This document shows, one piece after another, positions 29,587-40,620 of a stretch of 64,000 nt of DNA (within the stretch, counting starts at the first letter, position 1; every line of letters starts with the position of its first letter). Made by a program: the position numbers and the translations under genes. The stretch lies in the NCBI RefSeq assembly GCF_011045215.1, contig NZ_CP049201.1; one strand, 5' to 3'. Under the pieces are notes generated by a model. The model was given only the letters and a program-made list of their open reading frames with translations, ran no database searches and was not told where the DNA came from. The stretch comes from Escherichia coli. Lineage in GTDB: Bacteria > Pseudomonadota > Gammaproteobacteria > Enterobacterales > Enterobacteriaceae.

Positions 29587-30795
29587 GTGAAACGACTACA
29601 GGCATTTAAATTCCAGTTAAGACCCGGTGGTCAACAGGAGCGTGAAATGAGGCGCTTCGCAGGCGCATGTCGTTTCGTTTTCAATCGTGCTCTGGCACGT
29701 CAGAATGAGAATCATGAGGCCGGTAATAAATACATCCCTTACGGGAAAATGGCTTCCTGGCTGGTTGAGTGGAAAAATGCCACTGAAACGCAATGGCTTA
29801 AAGATGCCCCGTCACAGCCATTGCAACAGTCACTGAAAGACCTTGAGCGGGCTTACAAAAACTTCTTCCGGAAGCGGGCTGCTTTTCCCCGATTCAAAAA
29901 GCGGGGACAGAATGATGCATTCCGCTACCCGCAGGGCGTTAAGCTCGATCAGGAAAACAGTCGTATTTTTCTGCCGAAACTTGGCTGGATGCGCTACCGG
30001 AATAGCCGTCAGGTCACGGGTGTTGTGAAAAATGTCACTGTCAGCCAGTCCTGCGGTAAGTGGTACATCAGTATTCAGACTGAAAATGAAGTATCAACTC
30101 CGGTTCACCCTTCAGCATTAATGGTCGGACTGGATGCTGGCGTGGCTAAACTCGCCACGCTGTCAGATGGCACAGTCTTTGGGCCTGTAAACAGTTTTCA
30201 GAAAAACCAGAAGACGCTGGCGAGACTTCAGCGACAGTTAAGCCGCAAGGTCAAATTCAGCAACAACTGGCAGAAGCAGAAACGCAAAATACAGCGACTG
30301 CATTCCTGTATCGCAAATATCCGCAGGGACTACCTTCACAAAGTCACAACGACCGTCAGCAAAAACCACGCAATGATAGTCATTGAGGATTTGAAGGTCA
30401 GCAACATGTCAAAGTCAGCAGCGGGTACGGTCAGCCAGCCGGGGCGCAATGTCCGGGCAAAATCAGGTTTAAACCGTTCGATACTGGATCAGAGCTGGTA
30501 TGAAATGCGCCGCCAGCTTGAGTACAAGCAGCTCTGGCGTGGCGGTCAGGTGCTTGCTGTTCCGCCAGCGTACACAAGCCAGCGTTGCGCGTGCTGTGGT
30601 CATACAGCGAAAGAAAATCGCCTGTCACAAAGTAAATTCAGATGCCAGGCATGTGGATATACAGCGAACGCTGATGTAAATGGCGCTCGTAACATTTTAG
30701 CGGCGGGGCACGCCGTTCTTGCCTGTGGAGAGATGGTGCAGTCAGGCCGCCCGTTGAAGCAGGAACCCACCGAAATGATTCAGGCGACAGCCTGA
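29587..30795 (+). CDS. tnpB: TnpB (OrfB_IS605; RuvC-like RNA-guided endonuclease family)
   Basis: 402 aa; RuvC-I GLDAGV, Ruv[10 protein letters not shown], Zn-ribbon CxxC...CxxC (QRCACCGH...RCQACGY), Ruv[14 protein letters not shown]. Confidence 0.9.
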   Translation: MKRLQAFKFQLRPGGQQEREMRRFAGACRFVFNRALARQNENHEAGNKYIPYGKMASWLVEWKNATETQWLKDAPSQPLQQSLKDLERAYKNFFRKRAAFPRFKKRGQNDAFRYPQGVKLDQENSRIFLPKLGWMRYRNSRQVTGVVKNVTVSQSCGKWYISIQTENEVSTPVHPSALMVGLDAGVAKLATLSDGTVFGPVNSFQKNQKTLARLQRQLSRKVKFSNNWQKQKRKIQRLHSCIANIRRDYLHKVTTTVSKNHAMIVIEDLKVSNMSKSAAGTVSQPGRNVRAKSGLNRSILDQSWYEMRRQLEYKQLWRGGQVLAVPPAYTSQRCACCGHTAKENRLSQSKFRCQACGYTANADVNGARNILAAGHAVLACGEMVQSGRPLKQEPTEMIQATA

Positions 30796-30846
30796 ACGTA
30801 GCAGGGATCCTCGTCCTTCAGAGCGTGGAGGATGTCAACAAACAGG

Positions 30847-31506
30847 TTAAATTAACTCCGCGCCCTGGTTTTTGACATTACCTACCGCGCGCGATACCGG
30901 GTGCCAGGTGAACTGGTTTGCTGGCACACATCCACTGGTAGCAATTTCTGAGGCTTCTTTACCGCCAACCTCTTGCCGCATCCATTCCCGTGCAGCTTCT
31001 GGCGACAGAACCAGCGGGCGGCGGTCATGAATATCTACCAGACCTTGATCTGCCGCCGCAGTGACGATCAAAAATCCTTCGGCTTCGTCACCACGCTCAA
31101 ATGGTGTGCTTCCTATCGCGGCCATAAAAACAGGTTTTCCGTCAGTACGATAGATAAAATAAGGCTGCTTTTTGTCGCCTTCTTTTTTCCACTCAAACCA
31201 GCCATCGGCAAAACAGATTGCCCGACCGTGTTGCCAGAGCGGTTTAAACATGCGACTGGTTGCGGCAGTTTCTACGCGGGCGTTAATCAGCGGCGGTTTA
31301 TCCCACCATCCGGGAGCATATCCCCAGAAAACCGGATCCAGATGAAGGTGTTCATCACGTTCACTGAGCAGAAGAACTTTGGTTCCCGGCGCGACGTTGT
31401 ATCTGCCAATGGGTTCGGGATCGTAGGGAATATCGCGTTCAATATCTTCCGCGAGAAGCGCAAGGTAATCTTCACGCGTTTGGGATTGGGCAAAGCGTCC
31501 ACACAT
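30847..31506 (-). CDS. yedK: SOS-response-associated peptidase (SRAP) YedK, abasic-site processing protein
   Basis: 219 aa starting MCGRFAQ (catalytic Cys2). Confidence 0.9.
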   Translation of the reverse strand: MCGRFAQSQTREDYLALLAEDIERDIPYDPEPIGRYNVAPGTKVLLLSERDEHLHLDPVFWGYAPGWWDKPPLINARVETAATSRMFKPLWQHGRAICFADGWFEWKKEGDKKQPYFIYRTDGKPVFMAAIGSTPFERGDEAEGFLIVTAAADQGLVDIHDRRPLVLSPEAAREWMRQEVGGKEASEIATSGCVPANQFTWHPVSRAVGNVKNQGAELI

Positions 31507-31612
31507 AGAAACCTCCTGAGATCATACTGAAAAGAATAGGAGAGGGGGCGGGTAAAATCTATGTGTCAGAGGCAACGATGTTCCCGCTGTGGGCCACAGC
31601 GGGAATGAGGGA

Positions 31613-31846
31613 TTACTTCTGAATTAAATAACGAATGGTCGGCCCGTCTTGCTGAATATCCAGCACCGTATAGCCGTGATTACGCGCATCCAGTGGAATA
31701 TTATTGATCGACTGTGGACAGTCGCTCACCACTTCCAGGATCTCACCTTTTTTTAACTGCGGCATCGCCTCAAGGGTTGCGACTGCCGGATAAGGGCAGG
31801 GTTCACCCACCATATCAAGACGGTAATCAGGAATGATATTTTTCAT
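31613..31846 (-). CDS. yedF: TusA-like sulfurtransferase YedF
   Basis: 77 aa with CPxP motif (EPCPYP). Confidence 0.9.
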   Translation of the reverse strand: MKNIIPDYRLDMVGEPCPYPAVATLEAMPQLKKGEILEVVSDCPQSINNIPLDARNHGYTVLDIQQDGPTIRYLIQK

Positions 31847-33048
31847 GCGATCTCCTTAGCAGTCTGCGGTGCCGCACGGCGGAAGAAGCGTTTTTCCCAG
31901 CCGATAATCAACATCAGCGCAGTAAACAACAGCAAATATGTCACCAGCAGGCCACCCATCGGGCCAAAGGTTTTCAGCAGGTTTATTTTGTCCCAGTCGG
32001 TGGCCAGCGCTGGAGCGAAATCATCCCAGTAATACGCCAGAATCGTTGAGCCGATCACATTGCCCAGACCGACCCACCAGTAGTGCACCTGGCCTTCTAC
32101 CGCGCGGTACATCCAGCCGGTTTCGCAGCCGCCAGCCAGCACGATGCCAAAACCAAACAGTAAACCACCAATTACCGCGTTTGGTCCCGCCCACATGATT
32201 TTGGGTTCAACGCCTAACTGTACGTAACTGAAGATCCCGATGGCACTCACCGCCATACCGATAATGATTGCTTTCGCCATATGAGTACGTCCGGTGATCC
32301 ACATATCGCGGAACGCCGAAGTAAAGCAGATTTGCGCACGTTCAATCAGTAAACCAAAGCCGACGCCAAACAGCATTGCCAGCCCCAGTTTGGGTTGGTT
32401 CATCGCCGTGAGCAGCGCCCAGCCCAGCATGCCGAAAAAGACCAGCATCCCGAGACGAAAACGACGTCGCGCCTGATCCGGTTTTTGCGTCAGCGGTGAG
32501 GCGGCAGAAACTTTCTGCATTTTCACGGGAATACGGAAGATGGGCAGCAGGGTAAAGCGCGCGCCAAACCATGAACCAATGGCAGTGGCGATGGCAAAGA
32601 ACCAGGCATGCAGCGAGAACTGAGGAATACCGGTAAAGAACGCCGCCAGGTTACAGCCCATTGCCAGACGCGCGCCAAAACCGGCGATAATGCCGCCAAT
32701 GATGGCCTGCATAATGCGGATACGGCTGCGCGGCATTCGCAGTTTGACATTGTTGGCCCACAGCGCTGCGGCAAAGCAGCCGCCAAACATACCGAGGATC
32801 ATCATCCCGTCGATGCGGGTTAATGGCGATCCTTCCAGATGGATAATTTTAAAGTAACCCCACTCTTCAGCATGGACGCCGAACAGTTGCAGGAGCTGGC
32901 CGCCCCAACGGGTAAATTCACCCGTGACAGCCCAAAAGGTGCCAGTAATGCCAAAATAGTAAGTGGAGAGAATACCCGCCGCGATGACCGCGGGGATGGG
33001 CGCCCAGAATTTAATCAACCAGGCGTGTTTGAATTGCTGCCATGACAT
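31843..33048 (-). CDS. yedE: YedE/YeeE-family inner membrane transporter (selenium/sulfur compound uptake)
   Basis: 401 aa polytopic membrane protein overlapping yedF start. Confidence 0.9.
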   Translation of the reverse strand: MSWQQFKHAWLIKFWAPIPAVIAAGILSTYYFGITGTFWAVTGEFTRWGGQLLQLFGVHAEEWGYFKIIHLEGSPLTRIDGMMILGMFGGCFAAALWANNVKLRMPRSRIRIMQAIIGGIIAGFGARLAMGCNLAAFFTGIPQFSLHAWFFAIATAIGSWFGARFTLLPIFRIPVKMQKVSAASPLTQKPDQARRRFRLGMLVFFGMLGWALLTAMNQPKLGLAMLFGVGFGLLIERAQICFTSAFRDMWITGRTHMAKAIIIGMAVSAIGIFSYVQLGVEPKIMWAGPNAVIGGLLFGFGIVLAGGCETGWMYRAVEGQVHYWWVGLGNVIGSTILAYYWDDFAPALATDWDKINLLKTFGPMGGLLVTYLLLFTALMLIIGWEKRFFRRAAPQTAKEIA

Positions 33049-33231
33049 GAATGTAGCCTCTGAACTCAGAAGGTTTGAAACAAGAGTCGCGAATCATACA
33101 CCATGCAAATTTATTTTCGGGGTAATAATTCACAAAAATAATAGTTAGATCAAATTTCTCTCTGAACCTGGAAAGGCTGGCGACATCAGGGCTTTAATGC
33201 CACAATCCTCTTTTCTTCTCATGCAGGACGA

Positions 33232-33648
33232 ATGATGAAAAAACTCGCAATTGCAGGCGCGCTCATGTTGCTGGCGGGCTGTGCCGAAGTCGAAAACTAT
33301 AACAATGTCGTGAAAACCCCCGCGCCGGACTGGCTGGCGGGCTACTGGCAGACCAAAGGGCCGCAACGTGCGCTGGTCAGCCCGGAAGCGATAGGCAGCC
33401 TGATTGTCACTAAAGAGGGCGATACCCTGGATTGCCGTCAGTGGCAGCGGGTGATTGCTGTGCCGGGCAAGTTGACATTGATGTCTGATGATCTCACTAA
33501 CGTTACCGTAAAACGTGAGCTGTACGAGGTTGAGCGTGACGGTAACACCATTGAGTACGATGGTATGACGATGGAGCGTGTGGATCGCCCGACGGCAGAG
33601 TGTGCCGCCGCGCTGGATAAAGCGCCGTTACCGACGCCACTGCCGTAA
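33232..33648 (+). CDS. yedD: Lipoprotein YedD
   Basis: 138 aa; lipobox LLAGC. Confidence 0.85.
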   Translation: MMKKLAIAGALMLLAGCAEVENYNNVVKTPAPDWLAGYWQTKGPQRALVSPEAIGSLIVTKEGDTLDCRQWQRVIAVPGKLTLMSDDLTNVTVKRELYEVERDGNTIEYDGMTMERVDRPTAECAAALDKAPLPTPLP

Positions 33649-33651
33649 TGA

Positions 33652-33672
33652 AATCTCCCCGGCTTGCTGCCG
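33652..33672. terminator. Hairpin between convergent yedD and amyA (ccccggc..gccgggg)
   Basis: Inverted repeat immediately after yedD stop. Confidence 0.45.
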
Positions 33673-33681
33673 GGGATGAAT

Positions 33682-35169
33682 TTAAATCACCTCTTCGATA
33701 ACCCACACGCTAACGCTGCCGCCGTTGCAAAAGAAGGTCGCTTCGCCGTTTTCGTCGGTTACTACACTCTCTTGCCGGTTCCCAAGAAAATCACGCCAGG
33801 TTTTATTGCCGTAATTCTCTCCCAGATGAATGGTTTTTTCGCCATCATCCCCGTTCGACATGACCACCACGCAGCCGGGATATTCGTCAGTGCCACTGCG
33901 GCTAAAGGCAATGCAGTTCGGATGGTCGAAAAATAACGTCTGTACACCGTGGGCGAAACGCTGACGGGCGAGAATTAACTCATCAAGCTGTTCGATTATT
34001 GGCATATCTATCGGATAGGTTTGCCCGTCACCACCGACATCTTCGTAATGCGCACCGTAGAGGTCCGGATAGAATACCGAAGGAACGCCATTTTCCCGCA
34101 ACAAAATTAAGGCGTACGCCAGCGGTTTAAACCACGGTTCGACCGGCGCTTCGAGGGCTTGCAACGGTTGGGTGTCATGGTTGGCAACGAGGGTTACGGC
34201 GTGAAAAGGATCGGCTTCCACCAGCGTCCCAGTGAAAATCTGCGTCATGTCGTAGTCGCGTCCCATGCGCGATGCTTCATGGAATTTCATCTGCAGCGGC
34301 GCATCAAACAGCATGGTTTTGCCTTCCACCTGATCAATATACGTTTGCAGTTTATCGACTTCATGCGACCAGTACTCTGCCACAATAAACAGCGGCTTTG
34401 GCGCAACTTCCTGTACGTGTTCGATCCACTCTTTATAAAACCACGCCGGAATATGTTTGACCGCATCAAGACGAAAACCGTCGCATTGTGTTTGTTCCAT
34501 CACCCAGCGCGCCCAGTATTTAATCTCTTCCGTCACGGCATGATTGCGGAAATCGATATTCTCACCCATCAGATAATCGAAATTACCTAATTCATCATCA
34601 ACCTGATCGTTCCAGCCTTCGCCGGTGTAGTCGTTAACAATTTTAAATATGCCATCTTCATCAGGGTTTTCGATATGGTCGATACCGCTAAAACATTTGA
34701 AATCCCAGATAAACTGTGAGTATTGCCCGGCACGGGCGGGGAAGGTGTAACGCGTCCAGCCTTCGCACTCAATGATTTCTTCATCAATTTGCGTACGGTC
34801 GTCAGCATTTACACGCTGCACGCGAATAGCTTCTTTTTCATCCGCGCCCATTTTGTGGTTGACTACCACGTCCAACAGCACCGCAATGTCATTACGTTTC
34901 AGGGCGTCAATGGCGGCCAGCAGTTGTACTTTATCGCCATATTTAGTAGGGATGCTGCCTTTCTGATCAAACTCACCTAAATCAAATAAATCATAGGAGT
35001 CGTAGCCGACCGAATACCCGCCCGATGCGCCTTTATAGGCGGGCGGCAACCAGACCATATTGATACCAATATCATTAAAACCGTCGGCGCGCTCGGCCAG
35101 TTCAGGCCAGAGCTTACCGCCTTCCGGGTAATACCAGTGAAAACATTGTAACAGCGTGGGATTACGCAT
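33682..35169 (-). CDS. amyA: Cytoplasmic alpha-amylase AmyA (GH13)
   Basis: 495 aa; GH13 conserved regions ([12 protein letters not shown]). Confidence 0.93.
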   Translation of the reverse strand: MRNPTLLQCFHWYYPEGGKLWPELAERADGFNDIGINMVWLPPAYKGASGGYSVGYDSYDLFDLGEFDQKGSIPTKYGDKVQLLAAIDALKRNDIAVLLDVVVNHKMGADEKEAIRVQRVNADDRTQIDEEIIECEGWTRYTFPARAGQYSQFIWDFKCFSGIDHIENPDEDGIFKIVNDYTGEGWNDQVDDELGNFDYLMGENIDFRNHAVTEEIKYWARWVMEQTQCDGFRLDAVKHIPAWFYKEWIEHVQEVAPKPLFIVAEYWSHEVDKLQTYIDQVEGKTMLFDAPLQMKFHEASRMGRDYDMTQIFTGTLVEADPFHAVTLVANHDTQPLQALEAPVEPWFKPLAYALILLRENGVPSVFYPDLYGAHYEDVGGDGQTYPIDMPIIEQLDELILARQRFAHGVQTLFFDHPNCIAFSRSGTDEYPGCVVVMSNGDDGEKTIHLGENYGNKTWRDFLGNRQESVVTDENGEATFFCNGGSVSVWVIEEVI

Positions 35170-35246
35170 TCTTCGACTCCATTCAAGGGGAACATTAGAA
35201 GCGTAGCCGTAATCGGATTATTCGCGAGCCATCGACTCATTCAGAT

Positions 35247-35612
35247 TCAAAAGAGGTTATCCTGCGGAGCCAGCACAAAGCCGCCCTGATCGCCATAGGC
35301 ACTTAACACCGATTTTTGCACCGATGACTGACCGACCAGTTTCGCCAGTTCATCCATCCGAATCTGTAATAACTGCTTTACCTTGCTTTCGTTGTCGAGA
35401 ATCAGGCGCAGCATCGGGCGGAGCTGCTCCTGCATCGTGGTGGACGGGTCTATTTCTTCAGTCAGATGTGCAATCTCCTGCACCGCATTCACATACGCCA
35501 TTTCGCTGGCGATGAGTTCGTCCCATTGTTCTTCCGTTGCCAGGCGTAACATGAGCTGGCTTTTTTCGACGAGTTGTTGCCAGGCGAAATACAAATGCGG
35601 TGCATGGTTCAT
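35247..35612 (-). CDS. fliT: Flagellar chaperone / FlhDC anti-activator FliT
   Basis: 121 aa, last gene of fliDST. Confidence 0.9.
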   Translation of the reverse strand: MNHAPHLYFAWQQLVEKSQLMLRLATEEQWDELIASEMAYVNAVQEIAHLTEEIDPSTTMQEQLRPMLRLILDNESKVKQLLQIRMDELAKLVGQSSVQKSVLSAYGDQGGFVLAPQDNLF

Positions 35613-36022
35613 CAGACTGGGTCCTGAATCAAAGAAGGGGAGAGTAACGACTCTTTCCAGGCATCGGCAATATTGCGCATTAATGCTTCCACTTCTTCGA
35701 CTGCGGAGACATCGTTGCGTAAATTGGCTTGCAGCAAGCGCCTGACCATATAGCTATAAAGAGCAATCAAGTTTTGGGTTAATTCGTCTTTGCTCTCTTC
35801 ATCAAGACTCACCCGCAGTCCGTTCTCAATGATGTTGATCGCTTTTGACAAAGAGACGCCTTTGCCTTGCTGATTGTTGTCCTGCATAAACAGGCGCGCT
35901 CTAACCAGTGCGCTCAGCACTCCATCAAATAGCATGGTGACCAGCTGCTGCTGGCTGGCGCTCATTACGGCGCTTTCGACGCCAATTTGTGCATAGGCCT
36001 GGGTGCCTTTTGCCGCGTACAT
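35612..36022 (-). CDS. fliS: Flagellin-specific chaperone FliS
   Basis: 136 aa. Confidence 0.92.
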   Translation of the reverse strand: MYAAKGTQAYAQIGVESAVMSASQQQLVTMLFDGVLSALVRARLFMQDNNQQGKGVSLSKAINIIENGLRVSLDEESKDELTQNLIALYSYMVRRLLQANLRNDVSAVEEVEALMRNIADAWKESLLSPSLIQDPV

Positions 36023-36046
36023 GACCTGTCTCCCGATGAATAATGA

Positions 36047-37453
36047 TTACTTGGAATTACTGTTGTTTTCGAACTGCTGCGTTAAGTAGCTGCTTGTGCT
36101 GTTTAACGAGGTCATTAAAACGTCCAGTTGGGTAAATTGTTCTTTGTAGCGCGCGACCTGCGCATCAATGCGATCGCTGGCGGCGTTGTAGTCTTTAGTT
36201 AATTTATTCAGGGTCTTACTAACGCCATCGGTAGCGGCTTTAATAATGCCCGTTGTCGAAAGCCAACTGGTCAGGTTGCTGCCGATGGTGGTCGTGATGC
36301 CGGTTTTTTTACCATCGCCAACAATCAATGCACCTACGCCGCTGGCATCTTTTTTCAGTGCAGCGGTGAGTTTGTCGGCATCCAGTTCCAGTTTGCCATC
36401 GCTGGGATCGGTCGTGATATCAATCTGCGCCAACGTTTTATAGCTGGAAGAACTGACGGTATTACTCAGCATCGATTTCAACTGCGTCTGAATCGTCCGC
36501 AGCGTGGAGTCGCCGAGCAGTGCGCCATTGCTAGAACTCTGGCTATCAGCTCCTGCATCTACGGCGGTGTATTTGGTCAGGCTGCTGAAGGTATCTATTA
36601 GCGAGTTATAGGCATTCACCCAGTCTTTAATCGCCGTTTGCGCTTTGGAGGTGTCCTGAGTGATGGTCAGCGTCTGGTTGCCCGTGGTGACATCGTTCAG
36701 GTTCAGGGTGATGTTTTCCAGCGCGTCGCTGATGGTGTTGCTGCTGTTCTCAATGGCGACGTTGTTGACCGTCAGCTGCGCATTCTGGGCGGCGACCGAG
36801 ACTTCCATGCCGTTGCTGCTGGCACTGGCGTCATAGCCCATAAAACTTTGTAGCGCATCATCACCGCTGACCGAGAGTGTCATCGCATTGTCAAGGCCGG
36901 TGTCATTTGATGTGACTGACAGACGATATTCACCGTTACCCACGTTAATGATGCTCGCACTTACGCCCGCTTTTGCGTTGTTGATGGCATCACGGATCCC
37001 GCTTAACGACGAGTTAGCCGCGCTGATATCAATGGTAATCGGATCTTTGTCGCCGCCTTGTTGAATGGTGAGTTTACTGTCGCTGGTGGCGATCGCCGTT
37101 TTCGTCTCGTCTCTGGTGGTGCGCGTGGTCAGGGTTTGCGCCTGCGCCAGATGGGTGACGCTGATGGTGTATTTCCCGGCGATAGCGTTTCCCGCAGTGG
37201 TGGCACTGAACGCGGTGGTGCTGCTGGTGGTGCTGGTGGCGGAAAAAAGATCAGCTTTAGACAATGCAGTATTGGCGGTCTGGAAAGTCGTCAGCGCGCT
37301 TTTCAGCGTACCGTAGGCGCTAAGTTTAGCGGTAAACGACGATTGCTGATTTGATATAGGGGTTAGCGTCGCTTTTTGCGCGGCGGTGAGGCTATCGAGG
37401 ATTGAACTTAAATCCAGACCTGACCCGACTCCCAGCGATGAAATACTTGCCAT
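36047..37453 (-). CDS. fliD: Flagellar filament cap protein FliD
   Basis: 468 aa. Confidence 0.93.
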   Translation of the reverse strand: MASISSLGVGSGLDLSSILDSLTAAQKATLTPISNQQSSFTAKLSAYGTLKSALTTFQTANTALSKADLFSATSTTSSTTAFSATTAGNAIAGKYTISVTHLAQAQTLTTRTTRDETKTAIATSDSKLTIQQGGDKDPITIDISAANSSLSGIRDAINNAKAGVSASIINVGNGEYRLSVTSNDTGLDNAMTLSVSGDDALQSFMGYDASASSNGMEVSVAAQNAQLTVNNVAIENSSNTISDALENITLNLNDVTTGNQTLTITQDTSKAQTAIKDWVNAYNSLIDTFSSLTKYTAVDAGADSQSSSNGALLGDSTLRTIQTQLKSMLSNTVSSSSYKTLAQIDITTDPSDGKLELDADKLTAALKKDASGVGALIVGDGKKTGITTTIGSNLTSWLSTTGIIKAATDGVSKTLNKLTKDYNAASDRIDAQVARYKEQFTQLDVLMTSLNSTSSYLTQQFENNSNSK

Positions 37454-37486
37454 GCGATTTCCTTTTATCTTTCGACACGTAAAACG

Positions 37487-37514
37487 AATACCGGGGTTAT
37501 CGGCCTGAATTGCG
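37487..37514 (-). promoter_or_regulatory. Sigma-28 (FliA) class 3 promoter of fliD
   Basis: Minus-strand reads TAAACTTT-N11-GCCGATAA, matching sigma-28 consensus TAAAGTTT-N11-GCCGATAA. Confidence 0.75.
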
Positions 37515-37615
37515 CAAAGTTTACGTTTAATTGTTTTTTTTAATAGCGGGAATAAGGGGCAGAGAAAAGAGTATTTCGGCGACTAACAAAAAATGGCTGT
37601 TTGTGAAAAAAATTC

Positions 37616-37642
37616 TAAAGGTTGTTTTACGACAGACGATAA
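37616..37642 (+). promoter_or_regulatory. Sigma-28 (FliA) class 3 promoter of fliC
   Basis: TAAAGGTT-N11-GACGATAA upstream of fliC start. Confidence 0.7.
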
Positions 37643-37718
37643 CAGGGTTGACGGCGATTGAGCCGACGGGTGGAAACCCAATACGTAATCAACGACTTGC
37701 AATATAGGATAACGAATC

Positions 37719-39536
37719 ATGGCACAAGTCATTAATACCAACAGCCTCTCGCTGATCACTCAAAATAATATCAACAAGAACCAGTCTGCGCTGTCGAGTT
37801 CTATCGAGCGTCTGTCTTCTGGCTTGCGTATTAACAGCGCGAAGGATGACGCAGCGGGTCAGGCGATTGCTAACCGTTTCACCTCTAACATTAAAGGCCT
37901 GACTCAGGCTGCACGTAACGCTAACGATGGTATCTCTCTGGCGCAGACCACTGAAGGCGCACTGTCTGAGATTAACAACAACTTACAACGTGTGCGTGAG
38001 TTGACTGTACAGGCGACCACCGGTACTAACTCTGATTCTGACCTGGCTTCTATTCAGGACGAAATCAAATCCCGTTTGTCTGAAATTGACCGCGTATCCG
38101 GGCAGACCCAGTTCAACGGCGTGAACGTATTGTCTAAAGATGGCTCCCTGAAAATTCAGGTTGGCGCAAATGATGGTCAGACTATCTCTATCGACCTGAA
38201 GAAAATTGACTCTGATACTCTGGGTTTGAATGGTTTCAACGTTAATGGTTCTGGTACCATTGCAAACAAAGCGGCCACAATCAGTGACTTGACTGCTCAG
38301 AAAGCCGTTGACAACGGTAATGGTACTTATAAAGTTACAACTAGCAACGCTGCACTTACTGCATCTCAGGCATTAAGTAAGCTGAGTGATGGCGATACTG
38401 TAGATATTGCAACCTATGCTGGTGGTACAAGTTCAACAGTTAGTTATAAATACGACGCAGATGCAGGTAACTTCAGTTATAACAATACTGCAAACAAAAC
38501 AAGTGCTGCGGCTGGAACTCTGGCAGATACTCTTCTCCCGGCAGCTGGCCAGACTAAAACCGGTACTTACAAGGCTGCTACTGGTGATGTTAACTTTAAT
38601 GTTGACGCAACTGGTAATCTGACAATTGGCGGACAGCAAGCCTACCTGACTACTGATGGTAACCTTACAACAAACAACTCCGGTGGTGCGGCTACTGCAA
38701 CTCTTAAAGAGCTGTTTACTCTTGCTGGCGATGGTAAATCTCTGGGGAACGGCGGTACTGCTACCGTTACTCTGGATAATACTACGTATAATTTCAAAGC
38801 TGCTGCGGACGTTACTGATGGTGCTGGTGTCATCGCTGCTGCTGGTGTAACTTATACAGCCACTGTTTCTAAAGATGTCATTCTGGCACAACTGCAATCT
38901 GCAAGTCAGGCAGCAGCAACCGCTACCGACGGTGATACTGTCGCAACGATCAACTATAAATCTGGTGTCATGATCGGTTCCGCTACCTTTACCAATGGTA
39001 AAGGTACTGCCGATGGTATGACTTCTGGTACAACTCCAGTCGTAGCTACAGGTGCTAAAGCTGTATATGTTGATGGCAACAATGAACTGACTTCCACTGC
39101 ATCTTACGATACGACTTACTCTGTCAACGCAGATACAGGCGCAGTAAAAGTGGTATCAGGTACTGGTACTGGTAAATTTGAAGCTGTTGCTGGTGCGGAT
39201 GCTTATGTAAGCAAAGATGGCAAATTAACGACAGAAACCACCAGTGCAGGCACTGCAACCAAAGATCCTTTGGCTGCCCTGGATGCTGCTATCAGCTCCA
39301 TCGACAAATTCCGTTCCTCCCTGGGTGCTATCCAGAACCGTCTGGATTCCGCAGTCACCAACCTGAACAACACCACTACTAACCTGTCTGAAGCGCAGTC
39401 CCGTATTCAGGACGCCGACTATGCGACCGAAGTGTCCAATATGTCGAAAGCGCAGATCATCCAGCAGGCCGGTAACTCCGTGTTGGCAAAAGCTAACCAG
39501 GTACCGCAGCAGGTTCTGTCTCTGCTGCAGGGTTAA
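37719..39536 (+). CDS. fliC: Flagellin FliC (605 aa, long variable central domain)
   Basis: Conserved N-terminus MAQVINTNSLSLITQNNINKNQSALSSSIERLSSGLRINSAKDDAAGQAIANRF and C-terminus ...QVPQQVLSLLQG; Thr/Ala/Gly-rich central region. Confidence 0.95.
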   Translation: MAQVINTNSLSLITQNNINKNQSALSSSIERLSSGLRINSAKDDAAGQAIANRFTSNIKGLTQAARNANDGISLAQTTEGALSEINNNLQRVRELTVQATTGTNSDSDLASIQDEIKSRLSEIDRVSGQTQFNGVNVLSKDGSLKIQVGANDGQTISIDLKKIDSDTLGLNGFNVNGSGTIANKAATISDLTAQKAVDNGNGTYKVTTSNAALTASQALSKLSDGDTVDIATYAGGTSSTVSYKYDADAGNFSYNNTANKTSAAAGTLADTLLPAAGQTKTGTYKAATGDVNFNVDATGNLTIGGQQAYLTTDGNLTTNNSGGAATATLKELFTLAGDGKSLGNGGTATVTLDNTTYNFKAAADVTDGAGVIAAAGVTYTATVSKDVILAQLQSASQAAATATDGDTVATINYKSGVMIGSATFTNGKGTADGMTSGTTPVVATGAKAVYVDGNNELTSTASYDTTYSVNADTGAVKVVSGTGTGKFEAVAGADAYVSKDGKLTTETTSAGTATKDPLAALDAAISSIDKFRSSLGAIQNRLDSAVTNLNNTTTNLSEAQSRIQDADYATEVSNMSKAQIIQQAGNSVLAKANQVPQQVLSLLQG

Positions 39537-39580
39537 TCGTTGTAACCTGATTAACTGAGACTGACGGCAACGCCAAATTG

Positions 39581-39678
<98 letters not shown>

Positions 39679-39710
39679 AACATGAATGGTAATTTGTCAG
39701 CAACGTGCTT

Positions 39711-39735
39711 CCCCGCCACCGGCGGGGTTTTTTCT
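39711..39735 (+). terminator. Rho-independent terminator downstream of fliC
   Basis: ccccgccaccggcgggg hairpin followed by T-run. Confidence 0.6.
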
Positions 39736-39855
39736 GCCTGGAATTTACCGGTAACCCCCAAATAACCCCTCATTTCACCCACTAATCGTCCGATTAAAAA
39801 CCCTGCAGAAACGGATAATCATGCCGATAACTCATATAACGCAGGGCTGTTTATC

Positions 39856-40575
39856 GTGAATTCACTCTATACCGCTGAAGGTGTAATGGATAAACACTCG
39901 CTGTGGCAGCGTTATGTCCCGCTGGTGCGTCACGAAGCATTGCGCCTGCAGGTTCGACTGCCCGCGAGCGTGGAACTTGACGATCTGCTACAGGCGGGCG
40001 GCATTGGGTTACTTAATGCCGTCGAACGCTATGACGCCCTACAAGGAACGGCATTTACAACTTACGCAGTGCAGCGTATCCGTGGCGCTATGCTGGATGA
40101 ACTTCGCAGCCGTGACTGGGTGCCGCGCAGCGTGCGACGCAACGCGCGTGAAGTGGCACAGGCAATAGGGCAACTGGAGCAGGAACTTGGCCGCAACGCC
40201 ACGGAAACTGAGGTAGCGGAACGTTTAGGGATCGATATTGCCGATTATCGCCAAATGTTGCTCGACACCAATAACAGCCAGCTCTTCTCCTACGATGAGT
40301 GGCGCGAAGAGCACGGCGATAGCATCGAACTGGTTACTGATGATCATCAGCGAGAAAACCCGCTACAACAACTGCTGGACAGTAATCTGCGCCAGCGGGT
40401 GATGGAAGCTATCGAAACGTTGCCGGAGCGCGAAAAACTGGTATTAACCCTCTATTACCAGGAAGAGCTGAATCTCAAAGAGATTGGTGCAGTGCTGGAG
40501 GTCGGGGAATCGCGGGTCAGTCAGTTACACAGCCAGGCTATTAAACGGTTACGCACTAAACTGGGTAAGTTATAA
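39856..40575 (+). CDS. fliA: Flagellar sigma factor sigma-28 FliA
   Basis: 239 aa; sigma-70 regions 2 and 4. Confidence 0.95.
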   Translation: MNSLYTAEGVMDKHSLWQRYVPLVRHEALRLQVRLPASVELDDLLQAGGIGLLNAVERYDALQGTAFTTYAVQRIRGAMLDELRSRDWVPRSVRRNAREVAQAIGQLEQELGRNATETEVAERLGIDIADYRQMLLDTNNSQLFSYDEWREEHGDSIELVTDDHQRENPLQQLLDSNLRQRVMEAIETLPEREKLVLTLYYQEELNLKEIGAVLEVGESRVSQLHSQAIKRLRTKLGKL

Positions 40576-40620
40576 CGTCAGTAAATGCCGCACTTTAACT
40601 TTGACTACCAGGAGTTCTTA

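Larger units (their letters stand above)
29364..30846. mobile_element. IS200/IS605-family element remnant (truncated tnpA, intact tnpB, right-end hairpin)
   Basis: Divergent tnpA fragment and tnpB 7 bp apart; short imperfect hairpin (atcctc...gaggat) in the 51 bp between tnpB stop and yedK stop. Confidence 0.75.

Noticed and set aside
38433-38897. 154-aa minus-strand ORF inside fliC
   Set aside because: Antisense to the flagellin variable region; Cys/Ser-rich low-complexity translation.
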